Part shown: one piece after another, positions 23,605 through 37,463 of the stretch
Numbering within the stretch: position 1 is the stretch's first letter
How the letters are laid out: every line of letters starts with the position of its first letter
Assembly: GCF_006345805.1 (NCBI RefSeq)
Contig: NW_021832611.1
Location: forward strand, 363,925 to 427,924
Length of the DNA stretch: 64,000 bases
From: Octopus sinensis
Lineage: Eukaryota
Direction of reading: 5' to 3'
Notes under the pieces: model-generated
What the model was told of the DNA's origin: nothing
The model's input: the letters and a program-made list of their open reading frames with translations, nothing else
Database searches by the model: none
Program-made: the position numbers and the translations under genes

Positions 23605-26600
23605 CAGTCCGACCCCGAATTGGGGCAGACCCCAGGGGTGGGGCACCCTCGGATTTTGGGGCACTTTTTTTTGGCCAACATTTTGGCAGAGTAAAATGGA
23701 AAATCGATAAAAAAATACGGAAATTTTGGGGCACTATAAAATTGTGGGGAATGAAATTATAAGTAAATAAAATTATATTTTATTAATAATATATTGAATA
23801 GTTGTTGTGGTGTTGTGCATGTCCGTTCCTAATGGTATGAGGAAATCGAATCCTAGGGGCCTTCCTGCGAAAAAGGATAAAAATAACATAACAAGTGCAG
23901 GAGTGTCGTCTCTGGGGCTGGATAACAGCACAAGGACTAGTATTCATGACAATCCAATTGCTGGGAATCCTACTATCCCAACTAACTTGCATTCCCTTTC
24001 GGCCATTATCGATGATGCTATTTGTGTTTCTGAAGCTGAGTGGGTGTCTCAGATTGTTTATGCCACGAAGCAAAGAATTGGGAGGATACCAAGAGGTGGA
24101 TGGAACCTTATCCGTGAGAAGTTTAATTCAAAATTCTCGAAGAGTGCAAGTCTCAGTCAACTCAAAGGAATGGTTAAACCAATGAGAGTGGATAATAATT
24201 ATGGAAGCAATTGCCATCAGAAGCAATTTCTTGAGAGTTGAGAAATTTCCACTTTTAGAAAGTGTCTAGAAGAGTTGAATATACAAATTAAGAATATTGA
24301 ATCGATTCCAAGGGATTCACGTAAACCAACTCCAAAAATTCAAAATAAATATTTGAAAACTGATATATTGACAGGATTGAATTCGGCGATATATTATATC
24401 ACGAAAGATAATCATCCTAATGATATCAATAGCATTTCTGATATTCTATATGCTGCTCAATGTGCGTATTTATCTCTAACCATGAGAGACAAAGCACAGA
24501 GCACATGGGTAGAAAATATTGAAAAGAAAATTTCAAAATTATCTGCAGAATTGGAAATTGTTAATTCCCATTCCAATCAAACACTACCTCCATCTGAAAA
24601 GCAAAAGGTAATGGATGTTCTCTGTCGCTATGGGTATAAGAAAACTAAGAAAGGTGAGCTGTCGAGGATTCAGATATTATTGCAAGACCTGATTAGGATT
24701 AACAATAAGAAAATAGAAGTTCATAACTCAAGGAAGCAATTTCGTAAGGATAATCAGTGCTTTGAATTAAATCGAAAAAGATTCTATCGAGACTTAACAA
24801 AGAAAGAGGAAGTGACGCTGTATGGATTTGATGATGAAGAATGTGTCTCTTTTTGGCAAAAAGTCTGGAGCGAGAGAAATGGGAGGCCTCAATCTTATGA
24901 CGTTGTTGGAAAACGAACTACTTGTGCTGAACATATGCTTCCAGAGTTTACGGAAGAGTTTTTTGGAAATGTTATTAAGTATCTTCCTGACTGGAAGGCA
25001 TGTGGATGTGATGGGATATATAACTTTTTCATTAAGAAGATGGAGTCATTACATGGATTTCTGTGTCACGAGATAACCCGAATAATTAATGGAGAGTACA
25101 TGCCTGAAAGTTGGTTTTACACTGGATAACATATTTGATTCCTAAAAAAGATGATTGTGAGACCCCGAAGGACTTACGTCCTATAACGTGTATGCCGACA
25201 TTGTATAAACTTGTCACCAAATGTGTTAATGTAAAACTGGCTGATTTTGTCGAGGCATTTGGCCTAATTTCAGACAACCAACTTGGAACGAGGAAGTATT
25301 GTCAAGGCGCCAAGGAGCAAGCTCTCATTAACCAATGTTTGAACAAGGAGTACGGGAATGGCCTTTATTCTGCTTGGGTCGATGTGAAGAAAGCATATGA
25401 CTCAGTTGATCATGATTTTTTGTTTCACGTTTTGGATTGTTCTGGAATCCCGCTTTGGATCGTAAACTTTGTGAAGAGCGTAGTTAAGAAGTGGGCAGTA
25501 AAGCTGCATATGGAAGGTAGAAGAATTGGATCAGTGAAGTTAAACCGAGGAATTTTACAGGGAGACTCATTGTCTCCTTTACTATTTGTTATGGTATTAG
25601 ATCCTCTAAGCAGGATCCTTAATTCCGTGTTTCCAAAACTTGAAATTAACCAGGAAGATCCCAATATGTTAACATATTCTACTAATCATTTGCTATTTAT
25701 TGACGATCTAAAAATATTTGCTCTCAAACAAGACACTTTACTCAAAATGATGGAAGCTGTTAACGGATTTTTTAAAATTGTTGGTTTGGAGATGAATTCA
25801 GAAAAATCAGCGTCTAATTTGGAATCATTATCATGTTGTAAGACTATTGACGGAATCAATGGATATCGGTATTTGGGTGTACTTGAAGATGGTGGAAGCA
25901 ATGTTCTCAAGAATAGAGTTATGGACTCTATCTTTGAGAATGTTAAGAAGAGGATAACTATGCTATCGAAAACAAAACTCAACTCTGTGAATCTGTTTCG
26001 TGCTATAAATGAATATGCATTGTCACTATATAATTATTATATTGGGCTAATCAATATTGAACCTTCTGAATTTGATGATATTGACAGACAAATACGGCAA
26101 TTGCTTACGTCGCTCAGATTACATCTCAAACCTGCAAATAAAGAGAGACTGTACTTAAACCGGAAGGCTCTTGGAAGAGGGCTTTCATCAGTTACTTTCA
26201 AAAGTGAACTAATGCTCTTTCAGTTCCTTACGAGTCTGGAAAATATGTCAACTATATGCTTACGAAGGGCGGGGATTCTGCGTGTAATTAAAATGAATAA
26301 ATGGCATTTGGCTATGATCGCAGGATTTCTATCCTCCAAATATGCAATTATTGATAAGAAGAGTATTACTATGGAGTCTCTAAAGTCCAGTCAGATACAA
26401 TATTTACAAAAGAAAATTAGTTCTAAAGCACTACATTCTGTGCTTTTCAAATGTGTGGATGAACCTAATGTTGATTTACCTGCATCCTCAGAATGGCTAT
26501 CTAATGGAAATAATGGGCCACGAAGCGAAGCATTGTATTGTCTTTTGCAAGATCGAAACTTGTTCTTTGCATCCGCTGACTCATTATGCAATCATTGTAA

Positions 26601-28619
26601 GAAAAGCAAGAAAACTGTTGACCACATGGCTACTCAGTGTGGTAAAATGCTCAACAGTGATTATCTCCGGAGACACAACGAAGTTGTGAAGTGTATTCAC
26701 CTTAACTTGTGCCGATGTATGTATGGACTCAAAAAAGCAAGACGATTGAAGGGACATTCTGTTCAGTCAACACTGTCGACGGGAAAAGTTGAAATCAGGG
26801 TTGATTCTACAATTCTCACCGAAACAAAAGTAGAATATAACAAGCCAGATATCTTTGTCCACGACAAAGTCAGAAACGAAATAAATCTAATTGAAGTGGG
26901 TATTACTTCACAGGATCGCCTAAAGCAAGTGGAGGTTGAAAAGTGTCACAAGTATGACCTATTGGCAAGTGAGCTTTCGCTTCTGTATAGCTGTCAAGTA
27001 AAAATAATTCCTGTGGTTATGACATGGGATGGAGTTGTCTCGAAATGCTTCAAAAATTATATGAAGAAACTATCTATTGAAGCAGGAACGAGGACATACA
27101 TCCAATCCGTTGTACTGAAAAGAACGCTCGAGAGTATGATGATCGAACACAAGCACGGAATGAAGGTATCTGGTGAAGAATACGCTTCTGCTTCCAACCG
27201 GTATGTGGAAGATGGCATGCAAAGGTGAAGACGACCCAATGAATGCTAAAGAAGATGCAATGGTTGAATCAGATGTGGTAGTGGGGAGTAAGAGGCAGCT
27301 GGAAGTAGACTCTTCTTCCAAGAGAAGGAGAGTGGATATCAGCGAGCTGGAGTGAGATCTGCTTAGTTTCTGATTAACTATTAATTTATTATTGGTTTAA
27401 TTAAAAATTTTATTTTATTAATAAATATATAATTTAAATTTACACGTTTATTTACATTTTTAATAATAATAATAATAATAATTTACATTTTTTGTTGTCA
27501 ATGGTTATAAACTACGAAACAAAATTAAAGATTGCTAAATTGATATCGAAGAAAAAATTATCTGAAAGACAGATAATTCAAAAATATAAAACTAGCAAAG
27601 GCATGATTTCACGAATAAAAAAACAATTGTGCCTTTTCTTGAACAAGGAACTGTAAACACGGATGAAGATCCTATGCCTTATTGTGAGAAATCGAAATTT
27701 GATGATCAAGTTTTTGAAATATTTCAGAAACTACGGGAAGATAAAGTTCCAATATCAGGTCCTTTCATAAAGAAAATCGCCTTATATACGGCTTCAAAGA
27801 TTGGATTTGATTCTTTCAAAGCTTCAAACGGCTGGCTTGACAGATTCAAAAAGCGTCATGAACTGAGATTCAAATCAATTTGTGGAGAGAAAAATTCATC
27901 TGACTTAACTTACATCAATGAGTTTTTTAAAATCCTTGACGAGAAAATTGCGGAATATGGAAGAGAAAATGTGTTTAATTGTGATGAAACAGCGCTTTAT
28001 ATAAAAAGGACACCGAGAAAGTCGTTTGTCGGAATAAATGACGATACTTTTGGCTTTAAACAGGGAAAAGAAAGAGTCACCGTACTTCTTTGTTGCAATT
28101 CTATGGGAGAAAAACTTGAGCCATTGATTGTTGGAAAATTTAAAAACCCTCGATGTCTCAAAAATTTCAATGTGAAAGATTTTGGAATTTCATACTCATC
28201 ATCTAAAAATGCATGGATGACTGGAAATATTTTTATGAGCTGGTTGACTCGGATAAATGAAAGATTTTATACAATCAACAGAAAAGTATTAATATTGCTT
28301 GATAATGCGGGATGTCATAAAACTATTGAATGCTCAAATATTGAGTTTTTATTTTTGCCAAAAAATACAACACCGTATTTGCAGCCATTGGATATGGGAA
28401 TAATCAAGACCTTTAAAGATTATTACTCAAATTATCTGATTCAGTTTTTGTGCTTTGAGGATGATGGTGGTGAATTTAAACGGTCGATAAACAAAATAAA
28501 CCTTCGTCAGGTAATCCTGCTAATTCCTAAAAGCTGTTAAAAACTTGATCCAAGTTTAATATTTAATTGTTGGAATCAAATTGAAAAGATTCGTGATTCC
28601 CCAATTCGGGGTCGGACTG
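23605..28619 (+). mobile_element. Tigger/pogo DNA transposon (3'-deleted, frameshifted transposase 27501-28540) carrying a nested R4-like element
   Basis: Perfect 21-bp TIR CAGTCCGACCCCGAATTGGGG with TA at 23603-4 and 28620-1. Motifs GWLDRFKKRH, FNCDETALY, LLDNAGCH, QPLDMGII. Confidence 0.92.
23790..27482 (+). mobile_element. Near full-length R4-clade (Dong-like) non-LTR retrotransposon
   Basis: One long ORF 23807-27355 broken by a TGA (24239), a 1-nt deletion (~25125) and a frameshift near 27200. RT motifs VDVKKAYDSV, ILQGDSLSP, FIDD, YRYLG; CCHC knuckle; RLE KPDI..IEVG..K.HKY; (AAT)n tail. Confidence 0.9.
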
Positions 28620-30377
28620 TATTCGGCTAAATTATCGCAAGCCATAAAACCGATTAATCTTAATTTAGGAACTTTGAGGAATGAACTTGCAAACAAAAAA
28701 AGCAGCGACTAAACACACAACTGAGACAATTCCCAAAACGTTCAAAGGAATCCACGGCCCTGAAATAGATCAGCTTTTTTATTTACAAAAAATCTACGTA
28801 TCAATTGTATAAACACTCACAACCAAATGAAAGCAATTGAGTTCAAAATTGCAAAAACAAAATCATTTGAAAAATATGAAAAAAATGTCAGAAAAACCAC
28901 GAAACAGAGCTACAAAACCTTGCAAAAGAAGTAAAAAAGTACAAGCACGGAGTGCAAATGTATGCATCGGTAAAGATTCTAGCGCGAAAGAAGAAATCCG
29001 AAAACCTGACAATTTATGAAGAACTCGGAAGAAATATATACAACAAACAGGAACAAACTCATACCTAATCACTTCGAAAAATATTTCAATTTTGGAAGAG
29101 GAAATTGTCCATCCAGTGATGGAGTTCTGAGAAAACTGTCACCAGAAATAACTTTATTGGAATTTATGAAGGCTGTAACTAGACTAAACAACTCAAAAGC
29201 ACCGGGCCCAGACACTGATACTACAGAACTCATGAAATCGTCCCTAAAGAGTTTCATGAACTCATTAATCATATTCTGAACAAAATTTTTGAGGAAACCT
29301 TTGGAGTTAACATCAAAATTGAAAAATTCCCCATACATAAAACGGGAAAGGAATAAGAAATTACTTCTAGAACTATTAAAGATTTTGCGTTTTGATTGGA
29401 AAAGGGCTGAATATCAGCAGACGATTTGGAGCTTCTGAGGGAACTATTGAGAAAGTTGTTTTGACGACATGCTTATCAATACTAATAATAATTTGAGAAC
29501 GGATTAGCGGATACCAAGCGTGGGAAAGAAATTCGTGCAAAAGAAGAACGTCACTACTTCAACCAATGAGATTCCGTGGAAGGCCTAGAGCCACTCTGCC
29601 TATCAGATTAAACGAAGACATAGCGGGAATAAACAAAAATGGCAAAGTTCTCGATTCACTACAAACAATCTACAAACAATAGAAAATAATGGAGGGGGCA
29701 TAGAAACGCACGTGTGGAAGAATACTAATCGTGGCACAAGGAAAACCGAATTACTTTGATTTCCTGTTAGTGGAAAAAGTTAAACTTATTGAATTTCTAA
29801 TTAGATGACGTATACAATTCGATTAGAAATTTTAAAGCCAAAAACACATGTAAAACAGGTTAAGTAGATTAGTTGATTTAAAATTTACGGAATTGGAATA
29901 AATGAAATCCTAACACTAAATAAAAAATTGATTGCAGAAATTAGTATTTTTTCAAAATAAATACGATTGGATTAAAACATTGCTGAATTTCTCAAAATTT
30001 TTTGAATATTTTATAAATATTAGAAAAAAAATTTCAGGTATTTTTAAAATTATACCTTTTCATTATTTTGTGTTCAATGAAATTGTCTGCAAATTGTCAT
30101 TTCTTTTACTATTTTTTATTTATTTAAAAATTCCGAATGGTTGGCTATTTCAATGTTTTAAAATTTTTAATTATCCTAAAAAAGTAATTAAGATAAAATA
30201 TATGACAAAAAGTTTACATAATCATAGAGGGTAGTTTATTAGGCGTATCTTTAAATTTTCTTTTAATTTCAAATATTTTCAAGTTATGTTTGTAATAAAT
30301 TAAAAATATTTACAATGATTTCACTTTTATTTGACTACCAATAAAATTTTCAAACAGATTCCATGTTGTGGTATTGA

Positions 30378-32365
30378 ATGGGTAAACTCGATCTCGATAT
30401 TTCTGATGAAGAAGACTTAAATATAAACGAATCATACGCTAGTAATTACAATCAATGGAGAGAAAAGGAAGAACTTCAGAAATGTAAAAAATAAAAGCAT
30501 AAATTAAACTCCTAGTAAAAGATCGTTACGGCAATCCTTCAGAAAATGAAACATCCTCTGAAACAGAAGATGACTGTGCCACACAATTGACTCCACAAGT
30601 TGACGAGGAATGGATGAGACTTTATGCAACTGCCAAGTTTTCCACAGCAGAACTCTACAACAAAGACCTTAAGTTTTTCGGCAATTTATTTTTTAAATAA
30701 TTTTTAACATAGAAAAACAAAAAAGTGAAGGAAATGAACATAAACCCACCAAAAAACGTGAAAAGCCCCTGCTTTTCAAAGATTACGAAAGAAGGCGTAT
30801 TTTGAACGGAGAAGAACCTCAAGATGCTTACATGACGGAAATAGTGCCTGGATCCTATGTTGACGAACAAAATAAACTAAAGGAAAAGTCGATAAATTAA
30901 TAATATTGTTTTTAGTATTAAACAATTTGTCGATGATAGCGACGATGATTTTTTGACCAAAAAAGAGCCAAATCAAGATAAAACCGTGTTTAATTTTTGA
31001 GTAAAGAAATTAGAATAAAGATGACGAAGAATATATAAAATTTCTAAAATCGGAGCGTCCAGATTGTTCTCGAAAATTCAGTCAGCTGGTTTTCTCAGTG
31101 TGTTTACTGTAGGAATCCTTAAGAGACTATTGGCAGTCCGAAAAAATATCTGAAAATGATAAATTTTTGAGAGATTATTTGCTTAATCGAAAGTATCTCG
31201 TGGATGAGGATGACAATGATACTGAATATAAACTAAATTCTTCTGACTCTGATTCCGCCGAGGAGGATAAGCAAGATGAATTTGAGAAAAATTATAACTT
31301 CAGGTTTGAAGAACCAGACGGTTGTCAGGTATACTTTTTTGCGCGTTCTATTCTATGATTGTCGTTATGTTTATTAGCGGCTATATTAAGTGAATATTTT
31401 GTGACTAGTTTTAATTTATGATATTAATTTCTTTTACAGATTAAATCTTATCCACGGAAAATCACCGATTCTGTCCGTCCTGTGGATCACCGTCGAAGTG
31501 AAGCCCGTTTGAAAGCAAAGGAGAGGAAAGAAACAAGGGAAAATAAGAAAAGAGAAGAATTAAAACGACTCAGAAGTCTTCAGCGGAAAGAAGAAGCTGC
31601 GAAAGTATCCAAATTAAGGTCTCTCAGTGGAAATCAGAATTTTGACACGAGTCATGTGTTTGGAGATTTTGATCCAGAAGAACATGACCAACAAATGAAT
31701 GTTTGGTTTCATTTTACTAATTTTAGGAAATTTTTGGTGATAATTTCTATAATATTCCTTTCAAAGAAAAAAAACCAAAATTTTCTTCTTCTGAAGATGA
31801 AGCGTTAGAAAATTTACAGAGCAAACGGGCACTTCGTAGAGAAGCTGTTAAAACTCGAATGATGGTCCCTGAGGATATAATTCCTCCACCTCCAAATAGA
31901 TTTTCTTATAGAAATGTTTCGGAATGTGATTTCGGTCTATCACTCGAAGAAATTCTCAATGCGGATTATAAAGAGTTGAATCAGTGGGTTTCCTTAAAGA
32001 AGATGGTTCAGTATAGGACTGATGAAGAGGAGTATAATGATAAGAAGATGTACGAGAAACGACGGAAAAAACATAAGCTGAAGCGACATATATTTAAGTC
32101 ATTGAAAGGGATTGAACAGAATCAAGAAGTTGATGATGCTGTTGGAAATGGCCAACATGATTCCACTATTGATGCTTCTCTGGTCAAGAATGAGTCAAAT
32201 AATGCTGAAAAGAATATGAAAACAAAAAGAAAGATCAGTAATAATGGTGGGTTGAATGATGACCGTCTATTTGCTTATGGCTTTGATCCTAAGAAGTTTC
32301 GACATATACAGAATGCTAAAAAACGGAAAAAATCTTACCACGGTAGAGAGGTCGATACAAATTAA
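30378..32365 (+). CDS. KRI1: KRI1 homolog (40S biogenesis), multi-exon; exon structure only partly resolved
   Basis: NESYASNYNQWREKEELQK, FEKNYNFRFEEP and RFSYRNV..DFGLSLEEIL..KELNQWVSLKK..YR. Confidence 0.9.
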
Positions 32366-32907
32366 ACTGTGCGATTTTATTTGAATTTTATCTCAATGAA
32401 AGTGTTATTTAGATAATAAAAACTGATTAGTCTTTTTCTTAGAATCGCTATTTTTAGTTTATTATACCTTTTACTGCAGTAGACTAGAATAACACGTACA
32501 CGTATCAATAGGCAAAAAAATAAATATATTTGACGGGAATTGGTCTAAAAAATTGTTCACTATTAATAAAAACAAATAAGTAAATAAAATTTTTGTTCAT
32601 GATCATATTGATTATGTATGTGACTGACGTGAAAAAACAGGGATCTAACAAATAATATTTGAATAATATTAAATTCTTGAATTTCACTTGAAAATTTTAT
32701 TGCAATCAAAAGGGGATTAAAAGCTAATGAATGGAATTAATTAGTCTAAACGATTTTTAACAGGAAAAAGTTCAACAAAACAAAGTGGAGAAGGAGATAG
32801 AATTTGGCTACAAACTAATATTTAATTATTCGAATTTTGAGCTTTAGAATTCCTATTAATTCATTAATAATAAAAATAACAAACTTTCATACTTCTTAGA
32901 CTATCTA

Positions 32908-32975
32908 CAGTCCGACCGAATTAGGGCAGATCCCAGAGGTGGAGAACCGTCGGATTTTGGTAGAAAATCTCTCCA
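32908..32975 (+). mobile_element. Solo degenerate left end of the 23605 Tigger family
   Basis: TA|cagtccgaccgaattagggcagatcccagaggtgg matches 23605-23645 with mismatches. Confidence 0.7.
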
Positions 32976-32979
32976 CGAT

Positions 32980-34100
32980 AATACTTCTGAATTCGATACG
33001 TAAGGTGCTGGCAAGCATTGCATTAACTCGAATGGAGGGTGTGGCGGATCTATACCTACCAGCAAGTCAAAGGGGTTTCGAAAAGAGAGGTCTACGGCAG
33101 ACATTGTATGGAGCCACAAAAGATTCAAGAGAGCAACGACAATGTTGGGAATAGATTCTTCCAGAGCTTTCGACTCAATAAACTGGCAGAAATTAATAAA
33201 TATTCCTGATCTAATATTGGATGAATCGTGGTTAGGATAATAAAACTATTATTTGTAAACAAAAGACTATCTGTGAGGACAGAAGGAGCAACTTCCTGCA
33301 GTTTCGAAACAATAGGGACACCAAAGAGTGATTCCCTTTCCCATTTACTATTCACCATATACCTTGAATCTCCACTCTTCGACTTCCGTAAATGCTATAT
33401 AGAAGACATAGAAGAGACATATTATGGATTTTGTATCTCGGGATTTGACCGCACTCAAACATCTACTAGAAAATGCACCAGTGGAGCTTGAGAAATGATT
33501 TCTCTATGTAAATGTAATCAAAACTGAAATTACGGAAATCAAAAGAGAAGACGATATCACTCATGTAAGATGGAGACGTACTAATAAACTCGTCTCTTTA
33601 ATATAAAACGCTGAAGATGTATTAAAGAGGAAAACACTAGCAAATGAAGCAATGATCACACTAAAGAAAAAGATGGATAAGAGCCAAAAGACTTAGAATT
33701 GACATGAGATGCAGGCTTTACAACGCTGAGATATAAGGAAGTCTCTTCAACAAACTATTGAAACTAGATTCGTTCCTTAAAAATAACTAAGAAGCTTACT
33801 TTAATAGATTGGCCACGTAGAATATTAATCAATAGTATCTACAATTATGTGTTCGAGAATGTGATAGATTGGTGGTGGAGGTAATTTAGGCATGTACTAA
33901 GAATGAACCCGGACGCACCAGCTAACAAAGCGATAAAAAATTACTTTGACAGTTGCGACAAACCCTTCCACGGACGATTTAAATCGACATTCATGACTGC
34001 CTTAAACAAGGACCTAAATCCTGTGAAAAAATCTAAAAACAGGGGACAATCTGGATGAATTGAGATCACTCGCACTCGACAGAAGAAGATAAAAAAAACT
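32980..34100 (+). mobile_element. Decayed RTE-like RT/3' fragment
   Basis: RAFDSIN, DSLSHLLFTIYLE, NVIKTE and a GRFKST-like 3' region; many stops. Confidence 0.65.
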
Positions 34101-34329
34101 AAATATAAATATTGTATTTTTGAGTGTTGGCCTATAAACATAATGGTTTTCGTGAAAGTGCCATAATAATAAATTGATATTGAACAACAAATTATCTGAA
34201 AGACAGATAATTAAAAAATACAAGACTATACCATTTTCAGTTCAATTCTGACATTTTTAATATAATTTTTGATTTCTAGATGCCAGATATTTACGAGTTT
34301 ATTATACGCCGTGATCGATAGTATCATTC

Positions 34330-34800
34330 TATGAGTGACATCTTCAGAGTCATCCAGCTGTGATTCAACTTTTTATGCCTTTTCCAAGTTTTATCATAGG
34401 TGCGTTTAGCTCGAAAAATTTTCGTGTATTCCGTTTTGTTATGATTGACTATAAAAACCATTTGGAAAATATTTTTGGTAGTGTTTCGATAATGTGCTAA
34501 AGGATTTCAGCATTGTCAAAGACGAAGTCAGCATAATCGGCATATATTATTTCGGTGTATTTACTACAAAAGATCTAAATCTCTAAGTGCTGCTTTTAGG
34601 TAGACGATAAACAAAATTAGGGACAGCGAGTCACACTGTAATATGTTTAAAAAAAGTTTGACACAGTTTTGCCAAGATTGATTACTAATTGAGTGTCTTG
34701 AAGGAGCTTTAAGATGATACTCATTTCGTCCTGATTTAAAAATGTTGTATTTTCACGAGTTTAATTCCGTAAACTGAATCGAATGCTCTGGATGTAAATT
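34330..34800 (-). mobile_element. Decayed RTE-like RT fragment
   Basis: DSLSLILFIVYLKAALR..YAD on the minus strand. Confidence 0.5.
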
Positions 34801-35248
34801 CTAAATATCTCGGTGCATTATTTGTATTTTTGACACAAGACAGCAGTCCATCTGTGTGTCCAAATAACATCATCAGCTTTCTAAAATGTTATTCAAAGCC
34901 ATCACTCAGCTAATCGTTCTTAACCAACACATTGTTCACGGGACCCGGATACTTGTCATAATTATAAACTAACTTCCTGACGGCATAATGGCTGGGACAG
35001 TTTTCCTCTCCGAGCTTTACTTTTCAATAATTCCAAAAATTGTAAAAGTACATCGTTTAAATTGTTTTTTCCATTTTACAGCATAATATAGAGCAGAGAT
35101 CCAAATTGACTCAAACCTGAGAGCGCCTCTTATGGAGGGTATTAAAAAGTCAAAGAAACATGAATGGTCTTTAATTTTTTTATTAAATTCTTAGAAATTG
35201 ATTTAATGAGTAAAGAGAACATTAAAATTTAAAAATCAGAAACAAAAA

Positions 35249-35987
35249 TTATTTAAAATATTTCGACATGAATTTCTTGTGGAATTCCGAGCGAATACAA
35301 TCATTAATGAATTCGGGCTTTGTTTTATTTGTCTCTTTTGCACAATTTTTAAAAACCACGTCATCATCCCATCTAAAATAACACAATCACAAATACTTTG
35401 CCTTGACTCTAAAATCACTTTTCCCTTCCAAATCGCCTGAAAGTGAAATGAGGGGATTTCCCCGCATTATATTTTCATTCCTTATTTTCTGCTCCTCAAG
35501 CTCTTTCTCCATGTTCTGTAAACAGTGATCAAATTTTATTAAACCATTTTCTTGGCCTCTTCCATTCGTTCTTTTTTAATTTTATTAAGTTCTGACATTA
35601 ACTGTGCTGTTTCATCTCCGTCAGAGGAATCGTCTGAATCAATCCCACCCTCGTCAATGGGATCATCTTCGTCCAAATTCACATCTTCCAACTTTAGCCT
35701 CTTCTCACTGCCAAGAGTTTCTTCCAATTGGCCATCAATTTTATGTTTGTGGAATAATTCCTTCTCTTCCAATACTTGTTTCATGTCAATAGATTTCAAA
35801 TCTTCTTTGCAAGATTGGCCTTTTTGACTAATATTTGTTAATTATTTGTACAATACCGAAATTTTAGCTTTAATTGACTGGGTAGGTCTCTGGCGGAAAA
35901 TTGTCTCGTCAGAGAACCAAGATCATTCTCCATCCGAGAACCGCTTCCTTTAGCGTGATCAAAAGTGGGACGGCCAGCAGTTGTCAT
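35249..35987 (-). CDS. CWC15: Spliceosome-associated protein CWC15, 4 exons (introns 29, 29, 24 nt)
   Basis: [62 protein letters not shown]. Confidence 0.95.
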
Positions 35988-36126
35988 TTATTCTATAAAT
36001 TAAATGTAATTTATTTAATGATACAAAAAAGACTTTAATACCAACCAGATATCAAACAAAATAATAATTTATTATCAAATAAAATATTACAAAATTGAAA
36101 AAAAATAAAATTAAAAAAATTAATGA

Positions 36127-37463
36127 TTATCTAAAAAGTACGTCATCGATAACTTCACCAATAACGTCGTTGCATTTAACAGCTTATAATTTAAAAATAT
36201 AAACTATACAGTTACTGTCCACAGTCTGACAAGGAAAAATCACAGAATTACGTATCTGACAACCATCCCCAATATTGACATGATCAGAAATAATGCAATT
36301 ATCCAACATACAACTGGAATATACATCAGACACACATACTTTGAGCCTATTCTAACATTGCTACCAACAATGCAGCAAATCAGTCGACTCACATCACCCA
36401 CTACACAGTCGGGTCCCAAAAAAGTATTTTGTAAACACAATTCCTAATACAATGTTGATAACTTATTACTGTGAACTTGACACAGAATTAGATCTGTAAG
36501 CCCTGAGATAGTTGAAAATGGATGATATTCTGAATATATCAGCATTTAAAGGGAGAGCACGAATCCAACTGTACGTGCCAGGAAATTCTTTTGGATCAAA
36601 ATTTGCCATAAAATCGAGAATTTGTGGTAGCAATTCTGATTTTATACAAAACGAATGACTAGATTATAATTCATATATTAAGACTAAAAAATACCTGAAT
36701 TTTCTACGAATCAGGTCAAGACAAGGAACCGAAAAAATGTAAACCTGAGGGTCAACATGAGAAACTAAAGTGAGTATGGAATGAGTTCTAAATCATAGAG
36801 ATAAATCATTACCGACAAAGATATTGTTTTTTGAGAACTATTTCGTCTTCAAAAATTTTGTTTGGCCGCAAAACATAATCAAATGTTTTTGTTCGACAGA
36901 ATCAACACAGCAAATTTCTAATTCTGGTTTCCGATATTTGTGGGGAGCAGGAAGTGATATTTTATTTACTTCAGGTCGGGGCACTCTAATCATTGAAATT
37001 GTAGGATTGTGTGTCAAATGGTCTACAATGAATGATCCAATATCCAAATCTCCAAAAATGTCGCAAGGAAGAAGCAGAATTTGATTTTTAGGAAATTTCA
37101 AATTGATTTCGAGCAGAATATTTACTGCAGAAATAATGTTGTCGGGAACAGTGAACATAGTAAAAGTGGTTTTCTGAAACTCGGAATGTATATTTTCAAA
37201 AATCTCACTGCTCTCACTTTCATAGCAAGCAATAATAATATCTGAGGAATAAACTGGTATAAAAATACCATTAAAGTTTGAATTTATTAAGATTTTAATT
37301 GGAAGGTTGATTATAGGTTGATTGATGACTCTTAATAGACAATAAGGCTTTCCATTAGTCAAAAATTTTAGTTCATTTCCGATAGCAGCTGTAAGAATTA
37401 CAGGCCTAATAGGATGATGAGGTGCTTAAAATTATTAAACAACAGCTAACATGGAAAAAACAT
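36127..37463 (-). CDS. EIF2B3: Translation initiation factor eIF-2B gamma subunit-like, multi-exon
   Basis: N-terminal nucleotidyltransferase-like region (VILTAAIG..KPYCLLRVINQPII, LLPCDI) and C-terminal hexapeptide repeats (IVGSNVRIGSK). Introns of 26 and 27 nt at the 5' end. Confidence 0.75.

Larger units (their letters stand above)
22670..29720 (+). mobile_element. Decayed RTE-like LINE (APE part 22670-23604, RT part 28620-29720) split by a Tigger insertion
   Basis: LQETK, RICVIQLE, TIINVY and NQIDYF on the left; LNNSKAPGPD..TELMK on the right; many stops. Confidence 0.7.
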
